64,000 bases of DNA from Lytechinus pictus (lineage: Eukaryota): positions 14,508,001 to 14,572,000 of the forward strand of contig NC_087257.1 of assembly GCF_037042905.1 (NCBI RefSeq). The letters run 5' to 3'. The translations under genes were made by a program, and so were the position numbers. Below, in pieces: positions 24,569 through 38,297 of the stretch; position 1 is the stretch's first letter, and every line of letters begins with the position of its first letter. The notes under the pieces are model-generated. The model saw only the letters and a list, made by a program, of their open reading frames with translations, was not told the DNA's origin and did no database searches.

Positions 24569-27189
24569 CTCATCATTACCGCTCTGCAACCCCCCTTAAT
24601 TCAAAACCGTTCCGCGGATCCTATATACCCCTTGGGACGAAGAGCTTTATCTTCATTGACTAACCCTTTTCTATGTTTATAATTTGGATTGCGTTGGATT
24701 CGATTTGAAGCCTTTTTTCTGTTGTGTAATCTTTTGTCCAAAAGTAATGCATTTTTCACCATGTTTGTTACATCATGAACATGGTTACACGTTTGCACAG
24801 TCTCAGTATTGCGAATTGAACTCGTAGTGTGATTTGAGGGGAAAAAAACCTTGGAGCCGTCACCCATGAATGAATATTACCAATGCGTTGAAAGGCTTCT
24901 TGATTTGTGTAAGAATTGAATAAATACCCTGTTAAATCACTCGCTGCGGTAACAGAATATAACATCCCTGCATTTACAGGTTTTATCAGCCTTGCAAATT
25001 AAAAACCGCAGTGTGATAGAGCCAGGCATAGGTCTACCAGAAAATTTGTATCTGTCGTATGTTTACTCGTGAGTTAAATCTGTGCAAGGGTGTCGTACGT
25101 CCTCGATAGGACCTAATTTATAACGATCATCTTTCATTGTCATCTTAACCTCATGAACAGTGGAACCGGATGGGAAAGTCAAAATTTACAGGTAGGTGAG
25201 TAAACATTTTTTCCATCCAGGGACCATATACATTGCTGTTCACGAGCGATATGGTTTCTAAAGCATGCACTCGTCAACACCTCTCGCGTTTGTGACTGAA
25301 CGTGCCAAATACATGTACCCCCTGTTCTCCATGTTATCAAAATTTCTTATGAATATCCTAACCTAGCTATCTGCTTTACGGCCTATTGAAATGCTGATGG
25401 TACGTCTTGACGGAATCATGGGGATGGTTTCACGTCTTAAAAGCATTGAACGAAATCATGAAAATCATGATCATTAATTGTAGGACAGATAATTTTGTTA
25501 ACTTTATATTAAAAAAAAGGAGTTTGTGTTTGATATACTACTACTAATAATAATAGGCATTTATATGGCGCCATCTATCTAGAGATAATCTATTCCGAGT
25601 CGCATTCAAAGAAGTGAATTTACAATTTATATTTACTAAATACTGTGTGAATATAAGGTCTATCAGATCATGCATTGATAAGCCCACAAACTAGGCGAAA
25701 TTGTCTCGTTTTCACTTCCAGTATAGTCTGTGGCTGTGAGCATTGAAGAATTTACTTTTTGTACAAGCATAATCGTCTCAAAATTAAGAGCGAATTGTCA
25801 ACACAGTCAAGTGACAAGTAGCGTGTTTCAATCCGTGTTGACATTAACAGAATTTAATAGCAATCCATCAAACACTTCAGTGAGAGCAAGGTCAAAAAGT
25901 ACCTTCACATTATTTTGACTGAAGAACAGACTTTATGAGATTGCAAGTTCACTTTCTTCAATCATGTTATTGTATAAATTATATTATTACTTATTTTACG
26001 ATTATGCCCATCGGCACTCTGAAGAGAAGATAATTTATTCCTTTTTAATGTATTTCATTGATATAATAATATGTGTAATGACAATATCACGTTTGGTCTT
26101 TTGCAGTGAATTGGCGTTTGAAATACAATGAAACAACTGGAAGTTCGAAGTAATACACATAATGTATAACGTTAATGAGAAATGTTAATATCTCAGCAAT
26201 TTAATGAGCAACTGCACGATGATACGTTCTTGTTGAATGTGCTTATCATGTGTTTTTATATAGTTATGGAAGTATGGACAGTTCATTGAATGTGTCTCGA
26301 AAATATTGGGGGAGGGGTTAAGACAAAAAGAAAAAAGAATGCATCGAATATCATAAAATCTCAAGCAACCAGGAAGTTTCAAAACGTAGATTGTATCATT
26401 AATCATAGAACCTTTATTTACACTCTCAAGGTTTTTTTTTTCAAACTAGCCTATAATAATGTTGGTTCAAATATGAACCGATCAAATTTGGTTAAAACAA
26501 AATTATAAGCAAAAGGAATAGGGATTCCTTTTTAAACCAACATTGTATGACTCACATATGCTAGTTGTTGATCCTATTGATTGTCGACCCATATTCGCCT
26601 TCTGATTTACGTATATAGCTTAACCACATTCAAAATCATGTTCGAAATTATTGTATCAACAATTTGCGCCCATTCCCTGTCTTCGGCAAGTTAACAACCG
26701 ACATTAGATTAAGACTGCATGCTTTATCCCCAAAACTGTTTATTCCTACGCTTGATTTGCATTTATATTACTTTTTAGTAATTCTGTGTTCGCTATTTGC
26801 CAAAAGAGATGTAGATCGACAAATGACAGAAGTAAGCCTCTGTCTCTATTGGTTTTTCTTCCCATTCTAATACATGAAGGCAAGATTCAGGCTTATGGAG
26901 AGATTAGTATGTGAAGTGATTCGTCCTTCGTTCATTGTGATTCCAAGATATGGTTTCGTGCAAGATGGATGCTTCGAATGCTGATCAGAAGCCTGCCCAG
27001 GGGCTATCCTGATTATGGATATCCTATGATAAACATATCAGTAGCAACCGTTATCCAAGTGACAGGTCGCCGACATCATGTGCATATGGTCTGGCCAAGT
27101 CTACCCGCTCTTCCTTTGCCAAAGTAATTACCATGTTGGCAATTATAAGGAAATAATAACAAAAAAGAGAATCAGGAGGGTGTCACGGT

Positions 27190-27704
27190 CCCGGGGGGGG
27201 GGCACTCAGTATATAATGCATAGTGGGTATGTGCCGCGGAGGGGACCCCCATTTTTACACTCAAATTTCCGTTCCGAGGCATAGCATTTTTGTCTTATTG
27301 AGAAAAAGAACAAAGAAAACCGCTCCAGAGCATAGCATTTTCTTCTTCTCGAGAAAAAAGAAGAAAAAAATCCGCTCCAGGGCTTCGCATATTTTCCGTT
27401 ACGCCGTTCCGGTCGCAATTTTGGTGAAAAGCGGCCGCAGCTCGCTGTCCGACCACCGCCTCTGCGCTAGCGCGCCCGTCAGTCGTGCCGTCGGGCTAGC
27501 TGCATGTACGTTCCATAGGGATGCATACGCACTCGCACGCAGGCGACCCGTTCCAAGGACCCCCGTTTTCACAAACATTTGTAGTTCCGAAACCCGTTCC
27601 GAGGACCCTCCTTTCTACAATGAGCCCGCTCCAAGGCCCCCGTTTTTTGTCTCGCCTGCGGCACACCCCTACCACTTTTTTGGTCGAGTGCCCCCCCCCC
27701 CGGG
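27190..27704. mobile_element. GC-rich MITE with perfect 8-bp TSD
   Basis: TIRs cccgg(g)ngcactc / gagtgc(c)ncggg. TSD gtcacggt at 27182-27189 and 27705-27712. Confidence 0.9.
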
Positions 27705-28001
27705 GTCACGGTATACTTAGTGAGTGGTATTATTCGAAGCAGGGGCAGAACCAGCTTTTTTCCAAGGGGGGGGGGGTTCATTACCTAATGAAGGTCATTT
27801 TGGTACCGATGCATTTTTACAAGCATATTAATAAAACTGCCAATGTTAATTATCTCTTAATTTTTTTCTGTTATCTACAGACAATTGAAGGAAAGTACGA
27901 AGCAAACAGTACCGCTTGCCAGGCGCCCACCTCTTAGACTCCGCCCATCACCACCTTCCAGCCACGCCCACAGTCCTCCTCCTCCAGCCACGCCCACCAC
28001 C

Positions 28002-28179
28002 ATGCTTTGCTTCTATCTTCTCCTGGGTATCTCCCAAGCCCTAGCGGTTATCATCCTGATCCTAGCGGGGTTCTGGACCGGTCACACCCTCGGTGGATTC
28101 GCCTGGGATGGTACATCGAAGGAATTCAACCTTCATCCACTCCTCATGATCCTCGGGTTTATATTCCTATACGGAGATG
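28002..28179 (+). CDS. CYB561: Cytochrome b561 family ascorbate-dependent reductase (CYB561/CYB561A3/CYBRD1-like), coding exon 1
   Basis: Kozak ccaccATG. Reads MLCFYLL...GGFAWDG..EFNLHPLLMILGFIFLYGD (haem His 1). Exon acceptor tacag at 27880, donor GTGAGT at 28180. The symbol is family-level; exact orthology is not determinable here. Confidence 0.92.
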
Positions 28180-28598
28180 GTGAGTCTTCAGGGCGGCGCC
28201 AATAATGCATTTTCATAAGGCATGATGATTTTAAATGTGATTTTATTTTGTGAATTGATTTCACAGAGCTGCACTGCCGAATTTTTTATACGATTCTTTG
28301 TGTGCCTTTTTCCTTGTTTCTTCTCTTTTTACTACTTGAAGCAAAAGGTTACGGTCACACGTGCTACTTCCTCCCATTCTTAGTGCCGCAACTGATTACT
28401 TTAAAGATATTCACTTTGAATTTATACATTAATATATATATATATATAAGAAATTGTACATGTACAACCGCTTTGGCAATTTTTATTTTATATATGTTGT
28501 GAAGGAAATTAATGAAGAGAACAATGGTAGGCGTAGCATAAAACAAGGTTCCCCAGAGCTACTAATAACCCATTGCAAGCATTGGTGAGACCGAAAAA

Positions 28599-28672
28599 TG
28601 TCTCTGTCGGGAATCGAACCCAGGCCCCATCAGCTTAGAACGCCAGTGCCTTAACCACGAGACCACAGAGAC
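28599..28672 (-). ncRNA. tRNA-like sequence (TCT at anticodon position, Arg-like; probably a pseudo-tRNA or repeat-borne)
   Basis: GTCTCTG/CAGAGAC acceptor stem, GTCT/AGGC D-stem, GGTTCGATTCCC B-box and TTTTT directly after the discriminator. The anticodon and T stems carry mismatches. Confidence 0.6.
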
Positions 28673-28942
28673 GGGTTAGTGGCTCTGGCGAACCCGATCC
28701 GTATGTTTATGTATTGTATGTGTGTGTATGTGTGCGTGTATACATACATAAATATACACACACGCCCACATATGGCACAACTATTTTTCTCTACAGATCG
28801 TAATAATTCTGACATGTTTTCGTAACCCAGTCATATATCAATATTCCATAAACAGTTCGTTTAGTGTTACGAACGTGTCACCTTTTTTGTAGATCGTGTA
28901 TGACTAATTTTGTGCAAATGTTTCTCTTTTGTTTTTACGCAG

Positions 28943-29145
28943 CAATACTGATGTTCCGTATCCTCCGAACCGAGAACAAGACGGCTGTGAAAGTGATCCA
29001 TCTTCTGATGCAAGCCCTTGCCTTGATTTGTGCGTGTATCGCACTCAAAGCTGTCTTTACTTTCCACACCACAATGGGTTTCCCACATCTTTACTCGTTG
29101 CATAGCTGGGTTGGACTGACTGCTTTTATTCTATTCTCTCTTCAG
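28943..29145 (+). CDS. CYB561: Cytochrome b561 family, coding exon 2
   Basis: Acceptor cgcag, phase consistent. Reads AILMFRILR...KVIHLL...LYSLHSWVG...LQ (His 2 and 3), then donor GTAAGT. Confidence 0.95.
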
Positions 29146-30295
29146 GTAAGTGGAGATAAAGTCTTCCCTCGGAAAGGACCTTAAACCTTCGGTCCTCTGG
29201 TTGCCTGCACATGTATTCATAGCAATCAGGTATAAAAAAAGATACCACCAAGTCCTAAGAATGAAGACCATTTTGATTGGTAAGGATATTGTGAAGGGAC
29301 AAATCCAGTGTTTAACACACAACGTTGCGGCCCAGTTGATTATTCTCCAGAATTGAAAGATATGGTCATTAGTTCGAATTCCAGTCATGCCGTTATGTCA
29401 TTCAGCAACAAATAGATCCACATTGTTCTGCACTCAATCAAGGCGAGGACGCGAGGTGACTGAGTACCCGACATGATTATTTCCTTGAAGGTGCATAGCG
29501 CTGGAGACAATAGCTGCAGCTAGAATCGATTTCTAGACAGGTACAGAGTACCCATAACTGAAAGACTTCACGTACGATATTTCCATAAAAAATCAGAACT
29601 AAGACTTCATGATATTTCCATACAATTGAAAAAAAAAAGATCAAACAATTCTCCGATTTTCTCTCATATGTGAATTCTTTTTTATTCTGAGACAGATATA
29701 ATTCCTATTTAGGGATATGTTAAGGTTTTCAGGTTTTTATCATTAATTTTAAGAGCTTTTGGGTAAGGGTTTCCAGGAATTTAAACGGAATTACAATATT
29801 TTAAACCATATAGGTACAGCGTCATCTGCAGTTTCTCATTACCCTACATACTCGCAATTACGGATGGAATAAAAGAGATAATAGACCGGGGAAAGTGATT
29901 TCATTCCTAGAACCGAATGTGGCGTCGTTCCTGAATGAAGGCCGTTTAACCTGAGCTAATAATTATACACTCTAAATTGGCAACACTGTCAAACCAATTA
30001 AATCGATATAGAGAGATAGTATACATCTCTATGATTGAATCACTGTTTGAAAATGCAAATTGGCAACTATTTAGTAAGATAGTGAAGTTATCATTGATTT
30101 TGTAATATCCATATTTTTATTTCAGAGCATGGAAATAAATAGAAAGTTGGTGGATCTTACCGTATTAGGAGCAAAAAGGGCTAATTTTGAACTTACAAAA
30201 GGTACTACTTTATGGAGATAAACAAAAAACTTCACTTGCATATGCTGGAATCAAATGGGCAAATATGTTAAAAATCATTTTTTTTTTTTTTGCAG

Positions 30296-30450
30296 TGGAT
30301 CGTTGGCTTTGTCTCGTTCTTCTTCCCGAAGCTACGAGAGGATTTCCGTGCCTCATATCTTCCCATCCACCGATACTTCGGAGTCGCCATCTTTGCCACC
30401 GCTGTAGCAGCTGCCCTTATTGGAATTAATGAGAAATTGTTTTTCGTTTA
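30296..30450 (+). CDS. CYB561: Cytochrome b561 family, coding exon 3
   Basis: Acceptor tgcag. Reads WIVGFVSFFFPKLREDFRASYLPIHRYFGVAIF...GINEKLFFV (His 4), then donor GTAAGT (phase 2). Confidence 0.95.
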
Positions 30451-30804
30451 GTAAGTTTTCAGATTTAGTCATGACATCATACACTTATTCATAAAAGTAC
30501 TTTGATATAAAATTATTTATTTGAAAATGATGCATATTTTTAGCGATGACATTATTTATGAATATATCTTTTAATTGTATATTATGTTGAAAACTTAAAT
30601 AAATGAGTGATAACGGGTGCAAATCACTTTGGAGCATACTTTACATTCCTATAGATTGCATTATAGCTCTTTCTGGAAAGAACAGTGTGCATCTTTTCAG
30701 AAAATTCCACTCCAAAAAGGATAAAATCCACTCAACAGAAGCTGTATCTCACCTCAGAAGGATTAATCCCTGGTATTACTCAAATGGAATGTCATTTGGG
30801 ACAT

Positions 30805-30943
30805 TGGATCGTTTCATAGGTTGTCAGATCTGACAACTTTCCTTGATTTTGATTGGCTGAGAAAAACTGTTACTATGGTAACTGTCGGATAAAACAGGAC
30901 TTGTCGTTGAAACGTCTGACAAATCCTTTCATGAAACGCTCCC
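30805..30943. mobile_element. Harbinger-like MITE in cytochrome b561 intron
   Basis: Termini ggatcgtttcat / atgaaacgctccc. The internal sequence is shared with ~37524-37612 and ~53495-53645. Confidence 0.65.
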
Positions 30944-31429
30944 AAGATTAACTGTTTTGCTTTGAGAGAGTTTTGGGGTTGTTGGCATGTTGTTAAGAGG
31001 AATACGGCAGATATTTTACTTACTTGGTTTGGGTTAGTTTCAGTTTTTTTATCAGCTACACGGAAATGACATTTTGAAATGATAAAGGATACAGGCCTAT
31101 TTTGTCGGGTTTTTTTTTTCTTCAGTTGTGATTGGACTTCAATTTCCTCAATGTCAAACTTCAAACTAGGATTAACACAATCATCAGGATGAAAATAAAA
31201 TCCCCGATAATTTAGGGAGAATGAAGGATGAATTTGCAATAAATATATGATCCTCAGGGCCCTCAGTTTATATTATAACTGATGAGGCCACCTTAAAGAT
31301 AAAAACAAATAACTAAAATATATTGATAGCAAAATTAGGTTGATTTGGCGGCGAAGATAATGGTCACGAGCAGGTAAGGACGTTCGTAAGTTACCAACAT
31401 TTTATGAAACACCTACAGACTAAGAAAAA

Positions 31430-31660
31430 TAGGTTCAACTTTGCACCTTTAAAGTGCAGACCAATGTCACACCGTTGAGCACCATTGAGGTGCAACTTTG
31501 CACCTCTTTGGAAAGGTGCAACTTTGCACTTCTCTGAAAGATGCAAATTAGCTCCTACAAGAGGCAGAATTGCACCACAAATCCTTCAAGAGAGGTGCAA
31601 AGTTCCACCTTTCAGAAAGGGGCAAAGTTGCACCTTTGAGGTGCTCCAAGTGTGACAGTG
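31430..31660. repeat. Degenerate tandem palindromic repeat (ggtgcaactttgcacc-type), probably a MITE remnant
   Basis: Repeated ggtgcaactttgcac units on the left mirrored by gcaaagttgcacc units on the right. Confidence 0.55.
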
Positions 31661-31710
31661 ATCCGTGGGTGATCTCTAAAATCTCTATTTTGTGTTGATT
31701 TCGAACCCAG

Positions 31711-31945
31711 CTCTGGAACGGACGGTAATGAGAAGTACGCCTCTCGCCCGAACGGAGCCTACGTGGGGAACTTCTTAGCCTTCTTCATTTTGATCTTCGC
31801 CCTCATCGTTGGCTACCTCGTCACCCATCCCAAATATATCCGAGAGCAACAACCCAACGAAGAGACCATGCCCCTGGCTTCATCAGCAGCCATGAGACAG
31901 TTCCAGTCCACCGACCAGGTCCCCGAAGCCGAGGAGGCGAAGTAG
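31711..31945 (+). CDS. CYB561: Cytochrome b561 family, final coding exon
   Basis: Acceptor cccag, in frame. Reads (Y)SGTDGNEKYASRPNGAYVGNFLAFFILIFALIVGYLVTHPKY...EAEEAK*. The four exons total 771 nt = 256 aa plus stop. Confidence 0.92.
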
Positions 31946-33554
31946 ATTAGTCAAAGGCCGCGTTTTGATTTTATTTGTGTTTTTGGCGTATGTCTTGCTT
32001 CGTTGTACACAGAGTTTCTCGTGCGGAGAAAAACTATTTTCTGAGTTATTTTTATTGCTATTAACCCCTTGCCCACCCTGTTTTAAAAAGTAGTCACATT
32101 AGGCATAACATTATTCTGATAATTGTTCTTCCGCGGGGGGGGGGGGCAACATTGGCTAGAGTCTTAAAGATGACATTTTTTCTTAATTTATTAACCATGT
32201 TAACTGGGTTATATACTACCGATATCTTTCTTTTGATAATCTCTTTTTTGTTTGTGTCTAGACTTTTTGTGCTACTTGAAAAATCACGGGGTACCTCTTT
32301 GCCCCCCCCCCCCCTGTAGTACCACCCTAAAAACAAATGTTGTTCACCAAATGTAAGTAAGTGAGCGGATAACATACATGTCATAAGCTCACTTATTCTT
32401 TTTCCTTTGATACATCTTCTTTCATACCCCTTTGAATTGATGGAATTCTGAAGGTAAATTATTAAAATTATTTTTAAAACACCTCTCCCTGCATAATAGT
32501 TTTTACTAGTGATCAATAAGAAATTAAACACGTTTAACATTGTTTTTTTTTAATTCAAAATATTGTTGAGTATAGACCCCGGGTATAGACCTTATATCAA
32601 AAAGTTAAGCTTATCGTTTCTCCACTGTCATCAATTCACTGTAAAAAGTGTAATGATCACTTCCAGAATTCATTAATTTTATTTTTTTATTTTTCTTTGT
32701 AATTTCTTATCATTCTGTTGTTTTTTCATCAGATCTCGAATATCCAAGGTTTTCCACAATCTACTCTTTTAAATCAAACCAATAAGGATAAACTTTCCCC
32801 AAAAAAAACATCCCTAATTGATAAATCAAGTTTGATGTTTCCTCCTTCAGCTTTCTACCCCGTTTATCTACAGTATTAAGTTTGTCAGTATCTTGCCGTC
32901 TGTCACAGCGAAAATTAGGCTTAGTACAATTGTAATTTTTCACCCATTAAAACCTATGACAGTTTGGGTGTCTTGTTTAACTCACATAATTATCAAGACT
33001 ATTCTTGCATTTTACGTTTAATTTCACTAGACCAAACAAATCATTCACAACTAAGGAGTGGTAAGGTTCAAGTGAGAATTTACTTGCGCCGTTTTCAAAT
33101 ATGTGTCAATGTTGTCTGTCTACTGCCTTCATTTACCTATATGGCAGCTATGATATTTGTTGTGTTACACTGGTCTACAATAAAAGTATTTGAGTCATAA
33201 ATAGCTTTCTGTAAAAACTTTAAAGATAATCAAGTGATTCAAATAGGCGATCTCCGTTATTACTTATTTGATGACAATAATACATGTATATTAATTCAGT
33301 ATTCAGATACTGTTTGGATTGGACAGTTCGTAAATGATCAGCTGACCATTCGCGTATCTCTGAAATCTAAATTCACAAAATTCTGAAAGTTTACTTTGAA
33401 ATCTTCTTTGCCGCAATGTCGGGCAATCTTCGGTAAGTGACGAGAATTATCAAGGACATTTTTTTTTTACAGAGATAGAGCATATGAAGATCAGTGAATA
33501 TTTGAATTAATTGGTGTATTTAGGGAAACAGTTTTAAAGACGGGCTAAGACTAT

Positions 33555-33764
33555 ACTCTTAAAACAACTCAGTCAAATTGGCTAGACCAGTAGTCAGCTG
33601 GGTGCAACTGATATGTCTAGTCACATTTCTCAATTATATTCTAGTAAAAAATAACTATGTTTCTAGTAAATTACGACTAGAAAATAGTCAAATACGACTA
33701 AAATAACGGTTGCACCCAGTTGACCTTATCAACTAGTCATTTTGACTGATTTGTTTTTAGAGTG
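33555..33764. mobile_element. Palindromic CACT..AGTG-type MITE flanked by TA
   Basis: actcttaaaacaactcagtcaaa...ctgggtgcaac mirrored by gttgcacccag...tttgactgatttgtttttagagtg. Confidence 0.7.
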
Positions 33765-36602
33765 TAAGAGACAAATAAAATCGATAAATTCGACGCACCG
33801 CCCGTCACAATTTGTATTCATGTGGTAACTGATTTTATTGTTTGACTTCACGTCTAAAAAATATTTATCAATTTGTTGTATATAATTATGGTAGTCATGG
33901 AAGTGTTTCTAGCTGTTGTCTATATAAAATGTCTGTAGATTACAATATGCCTAATAGAATGATTCGAGTTGTTCGAATATCAGGATGACTGATGATCAGA
34001 CGAGGCAGGGTGTGCAACATTAGGATTAATAATTATTTAGTCAAACTCTCTTTTTATTCAAAGTTCAGAATTTAATTTTTAAATTACTTTCTTGAAATCC
34101 TAGATCCTAGGTCTTTTTTTAAATTCGCACTATGTATTATGTTTCATTGCAATGCTTCGAAGGTTCAGGTGTATTACGTTATGCATATAGGTTTATGCAG
34201 ATTTTTCCTCATGCAATTATTATCATCATGATTTAAGGTTTTGTGTTTTGTTTTGTCTTGTTTTGTCCTGTTTTATAGTGTTATCTTTTTATCGTATCAG
34301 TCTTAAGAAAAGTAGACATCATATAAGCATGAATGTGAATAAGCCTAGGGCCTAGAGCTTTAGAGAAATGGCGTAATTATCGTTCATTTCTCATTCTAAA
34401 AATATTGGTTTCTTCCATTGCATAATAAGTGATAATTGATAATTATTTTTCTGAATCATGTGGGTTAATCTTAACAAAAACAATATAAACTTGTTCAATC
34501 TCTAAAAAAAGGTGAATTTTTAGTAAATCGACAGTGACGTTATTTTTATTGTCTGTCAGTAATGTATGGAATTACTCAAAGATCATTAAGTGCACGACAC
34601 TAAAACGAGTGTGCCTCCATTTTAGCCTAGATTTACTCTAAATTATAGTAAAGAACATTTAAATCCTTGCCCTTCTGAATGTGTTATTCCCTGTATATAA
34701 GAATATTCATACGGTATATTGAATCTATTCCTTTTTTTGTTTTTCTTCAAAGATATGCTATCCAGCATGTTATTTAAACACCTTGGAATTGTGTTACATT
34801 TTGTCGTTTTGATTATTCAATCAAGTGCTATTTTTCTTTTACCAATCGTTATTGAAACCAACATATGTGCTATAAATGTGATAACGTTGTATGAACTATT
34901 TCACGAGGTGTATATTTATTAAATATGTCGGGTTAAATTATATATAAATAAGGGAGGAAATTATTTTGATATTTTAGTCCGTGATAGTAGGCATGAGTAT
35001 TATAGATGATTCAAGAACTAATGGGAAAAGTAATCATAGAATATCAATGATATACAAGATAAATTATCTCTGCTTAAATCATTTGTATACATGTATTCAA
35101 CACGCGAGCATATTGCTTCCATTCGAAAGTTCGAAGAAAAAGTTTAATGGTCCTCAAACATGGAAAAGATAAACCATTTAATTTCAGCCAAACGGTATTT
35201 AAATTTATTCAGGGACATTAAAAACCCACTAAGATTCCCTAATGACTGGGCGCTATGGCGTGCGCCTGTAATTCAAACTATGTGGGGGAAGTTACAAATT
35301 GATGCAGAGGTTTCGGTTCGAGCCCTGGTCACGTCTTTCGGTTGGGAACGTTAAAGATCGGTCCCAGGGATAAATAAGTCTGATTCATACACATCTGACA
35401 AAACTCGATTACACCCACACACAATGAAATATAACAAGATACACGTCTTGTATTTATTGCATTTACTAAATTCAACAAACAATGCAAAATAGTGAGAAAA
35501 AAACCCTCATAATTATTTCCCATAGTACACTGTAATTCGTTTAGATGATAATGGTGTATTTTAAGGCACTTGATTAAAGAAAATTAAACCAACTTTATAT
35601 GCATGCCTTCAATAATATATTTTATGTCCAGTTTAACTAATTTTTGTCTTGTATTACAAAATATTGGTATAGAAAGCAGTAAGAATATATGGTGTATCGT
35701 TCGTTATTGCTGGAAGTAAAAGCTAAATAAAAACAACATTGAAGTTATTCATTATCAAGTGTTGAGCATCCGCTGTGGTTTATGAAATAACGATGCTTCG
35801 TCTTGAAGCATTAGGGATCTTGAATTAAAAAAGGGGAGCCCAAAAAACGTAAAAAAGAGACGATAATGGAATAAGCAAAACATGGAAAATTTCATCAAAA
35901 TTGGATCTAAAACATTTGAAATAAGTCAGCTATGACAGTTTTAAAGTTTCACTTATTTTCGCATAACAGTATATATATATATATATAACACATGTGAATA
36001 CATGCAAATACGAGAGATTCGATGATGTCACACAATTTTCTTTTGTGTCTAATGAATGAAAAATAGAATATTCAAATTTTCAGATGTGACGATGACGTAG
36101 GTCTTCACTGAATTACAAAAGTTCGCAACCTTGGCAGCTCAACATGCGAATCAAACCTTATTTCACGTCAAGATTTGGATTTAAAAAATATTTCATATAA
36201 TAACATAGTAAAAGAAATAGTGAGCGGTTGACATTATTGGTTCCTTCTTATAAATATAAACGCTGAGAACTTTATGAAAATAAGCAAAACAAATTTAAAT
36301 CCGATGTCGATGAAAATTTATATGTTATTCTCATTTTATTTTCTCTTTTTACGTTTACGTTTTGTTGGGGCGGGCATCCCATTCAAACCCACTTATATTA
36401 TACTCTCTGACGATGATATACGGATGAAAGATGTTGACAGCTGATGGCATTATTTCCAATTGTTCTTGAAGGAAAAAAAAAATAACGTTATGTCAATTAT
36501 TTTATTGTTTTGTCTGAATCGAACCCATCAGTCGATTCTACTGGTAGTACACATATTTTAATCTGGTTGCTCTTCATTTAGAATGGTAAATGGTAAAATG
36601 GT

Positions 36603-36955
36603 GGAAGCGTCATGGTAGCGGTTCTGACTCTCGCCTTACAATCAGAGGGCCGTGTGTTCGAATCCCACCACGGCCTAACGTCCTTTGGCATGGCGTCAAT
36701 CCACTCTTTGCCACTCTCCACCCAGGTTTTAAATGGGTACCCGGTAGGATACGAAAGCCTATGTAGTATGCCTAGCAATTAAGTCTTGGAACTGTTGGAA
36801 TGCTCCCCAGGGAGTGGACAAAAGTGCATACATTGTATGCGGGCTTGTCAGGATCCGATGACCGGGTAATAATATATCTGTTAAACGCTTAGAGACGTCG
36901 TTGCGATGTATTAAGCGCTATATAAAAGCGGATAACTATTATTGTTATTATTATT
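36603..36955 (+). mobile_element. tRNA-derived SINE with L2/CR1-type tail
   Basis: A-box, B-box gttcgaatccc, central ccacccagg..aaatgggtacc, tail ...cgcttagag...aagcgctatataaa plus (tta)n. Highly similar copy at 47617-47958. Confidence 0.9.
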
Positions 36956-37447
36956 AAAACGAATTTGCTGATGGAAAGCATTCACAACGTTGAAACCGAT
37001 ACCAAACTCACTGATGATGTACCTTTAGAAATAACGTAATAATTTTGGTCGGACTGGAGTCTGTTAATGGTGTAACTGAGGCAAAAAACCTCCATGTGAT
37101 CATTCGCTGTGACTAAGTGATTAACATATTCAATATTGATTACACTTATGTGAAATGCATGGCAGATTTCATATTAGTTAAATGCACAGGACACTTTTAA
37201 CACACATTACCTCGCACGAAACACGATGAATTCACTTTTAGGGTTATAGATATGGTAGGTGGTCACGATTGCTCTCTGGTTAAATATCTTCCTGATGCCG
37301 ATGACGAAATTTTCATTAAAAATTTACAAAGCGACATATACATCGGATAATAACAATGAGCACTTTTAACTCTTCAATGACTACCAAGAAATATGAAGCC
37401 AATGGCTAATAATGTAAAAAGGTTTGAAAAAGGCTACTGCAACCAAA

Positions 37448-37845
37448 AGCTAGGGTTACACCGGAACCGAATCAGCTGCGAATCCATCCGAATACTCGTA
37501 TTCGGGTGGTTTCGGGAGTATTCTGGGGAGCGTTTCATGACAAGACTTGTCGGACATTTTATCCGACAAGTCCCGTTTTATCCGACAGTCACTACAGTTA
37601 CTATAGTAACACAATGTTGCATTGAAATTTACCCTTAAAACATGCATTTTGTCCAATATGGGGTAAACGAAAATACCCAGCAAACATGTATGTTCCATTT
37701 CTACCCAATATTGGTTAAAATATTATTCAGTGTTTTAAGTGTTCTTGAACATTCGAATCTACCGAAACCATCCGAACTAGGCCGAATTCGGCTAGAATCG
37801 GTCCGAATTTATTCGGAAGAATTCGGTTTAGGTGTAACTCGGGCT
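37448..37845. mobile_element. Composite/nested MITE
   Basis: Outer TIRs gggttacacc..ccgaat / attcgg..ggtgtaactc enclosing fragments of two other MITE families seen elsewhere in the window. Confidence 0.6.
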
Positions 37846-38297
37846 AGAATTAAAATCGATTCCTATTGATGCACAATGCTGTACAGAATCGAGTTTTGTT
37901 TATAAGTCTCTAAATATATTTTGTATATGTTCAAATAATCTTTGGAAGAATATTTTTCAATCTGCTAAGTTCTATTCCTTAAAGAAAACTCCATATTTCA
38001 TTCCTGCAGTGGTATCATCCAATTGTGAGTGAGCTAACACAATTGTACGTAGCTGTTGAAGAGCTGTCCAATTAACCTAAATATGTGCAATGTCGTACTC
38101 GTTGTAGCATCACCACCAAACAAAGAGCAACCAACGATACTATGTTCATATGTGTTTTGAGAATCAATGTGCCGAGTTGTGGAAATTTAAGTACAATTGA
38201 CTATTATAAAACTACAATGACACTAACCATATATGACGACTCTGGTCACTAGATGATATCACTAAAGCAATTACGGGAAGTGAATTATTATGTAAGG

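Noticed and set aside
27223-27937. 165-aa and 138-aa GC-rich ORFs upstream of b561
   Set aside because: They lie mostly within a TSD-bounded MITE and have no domain-like content.
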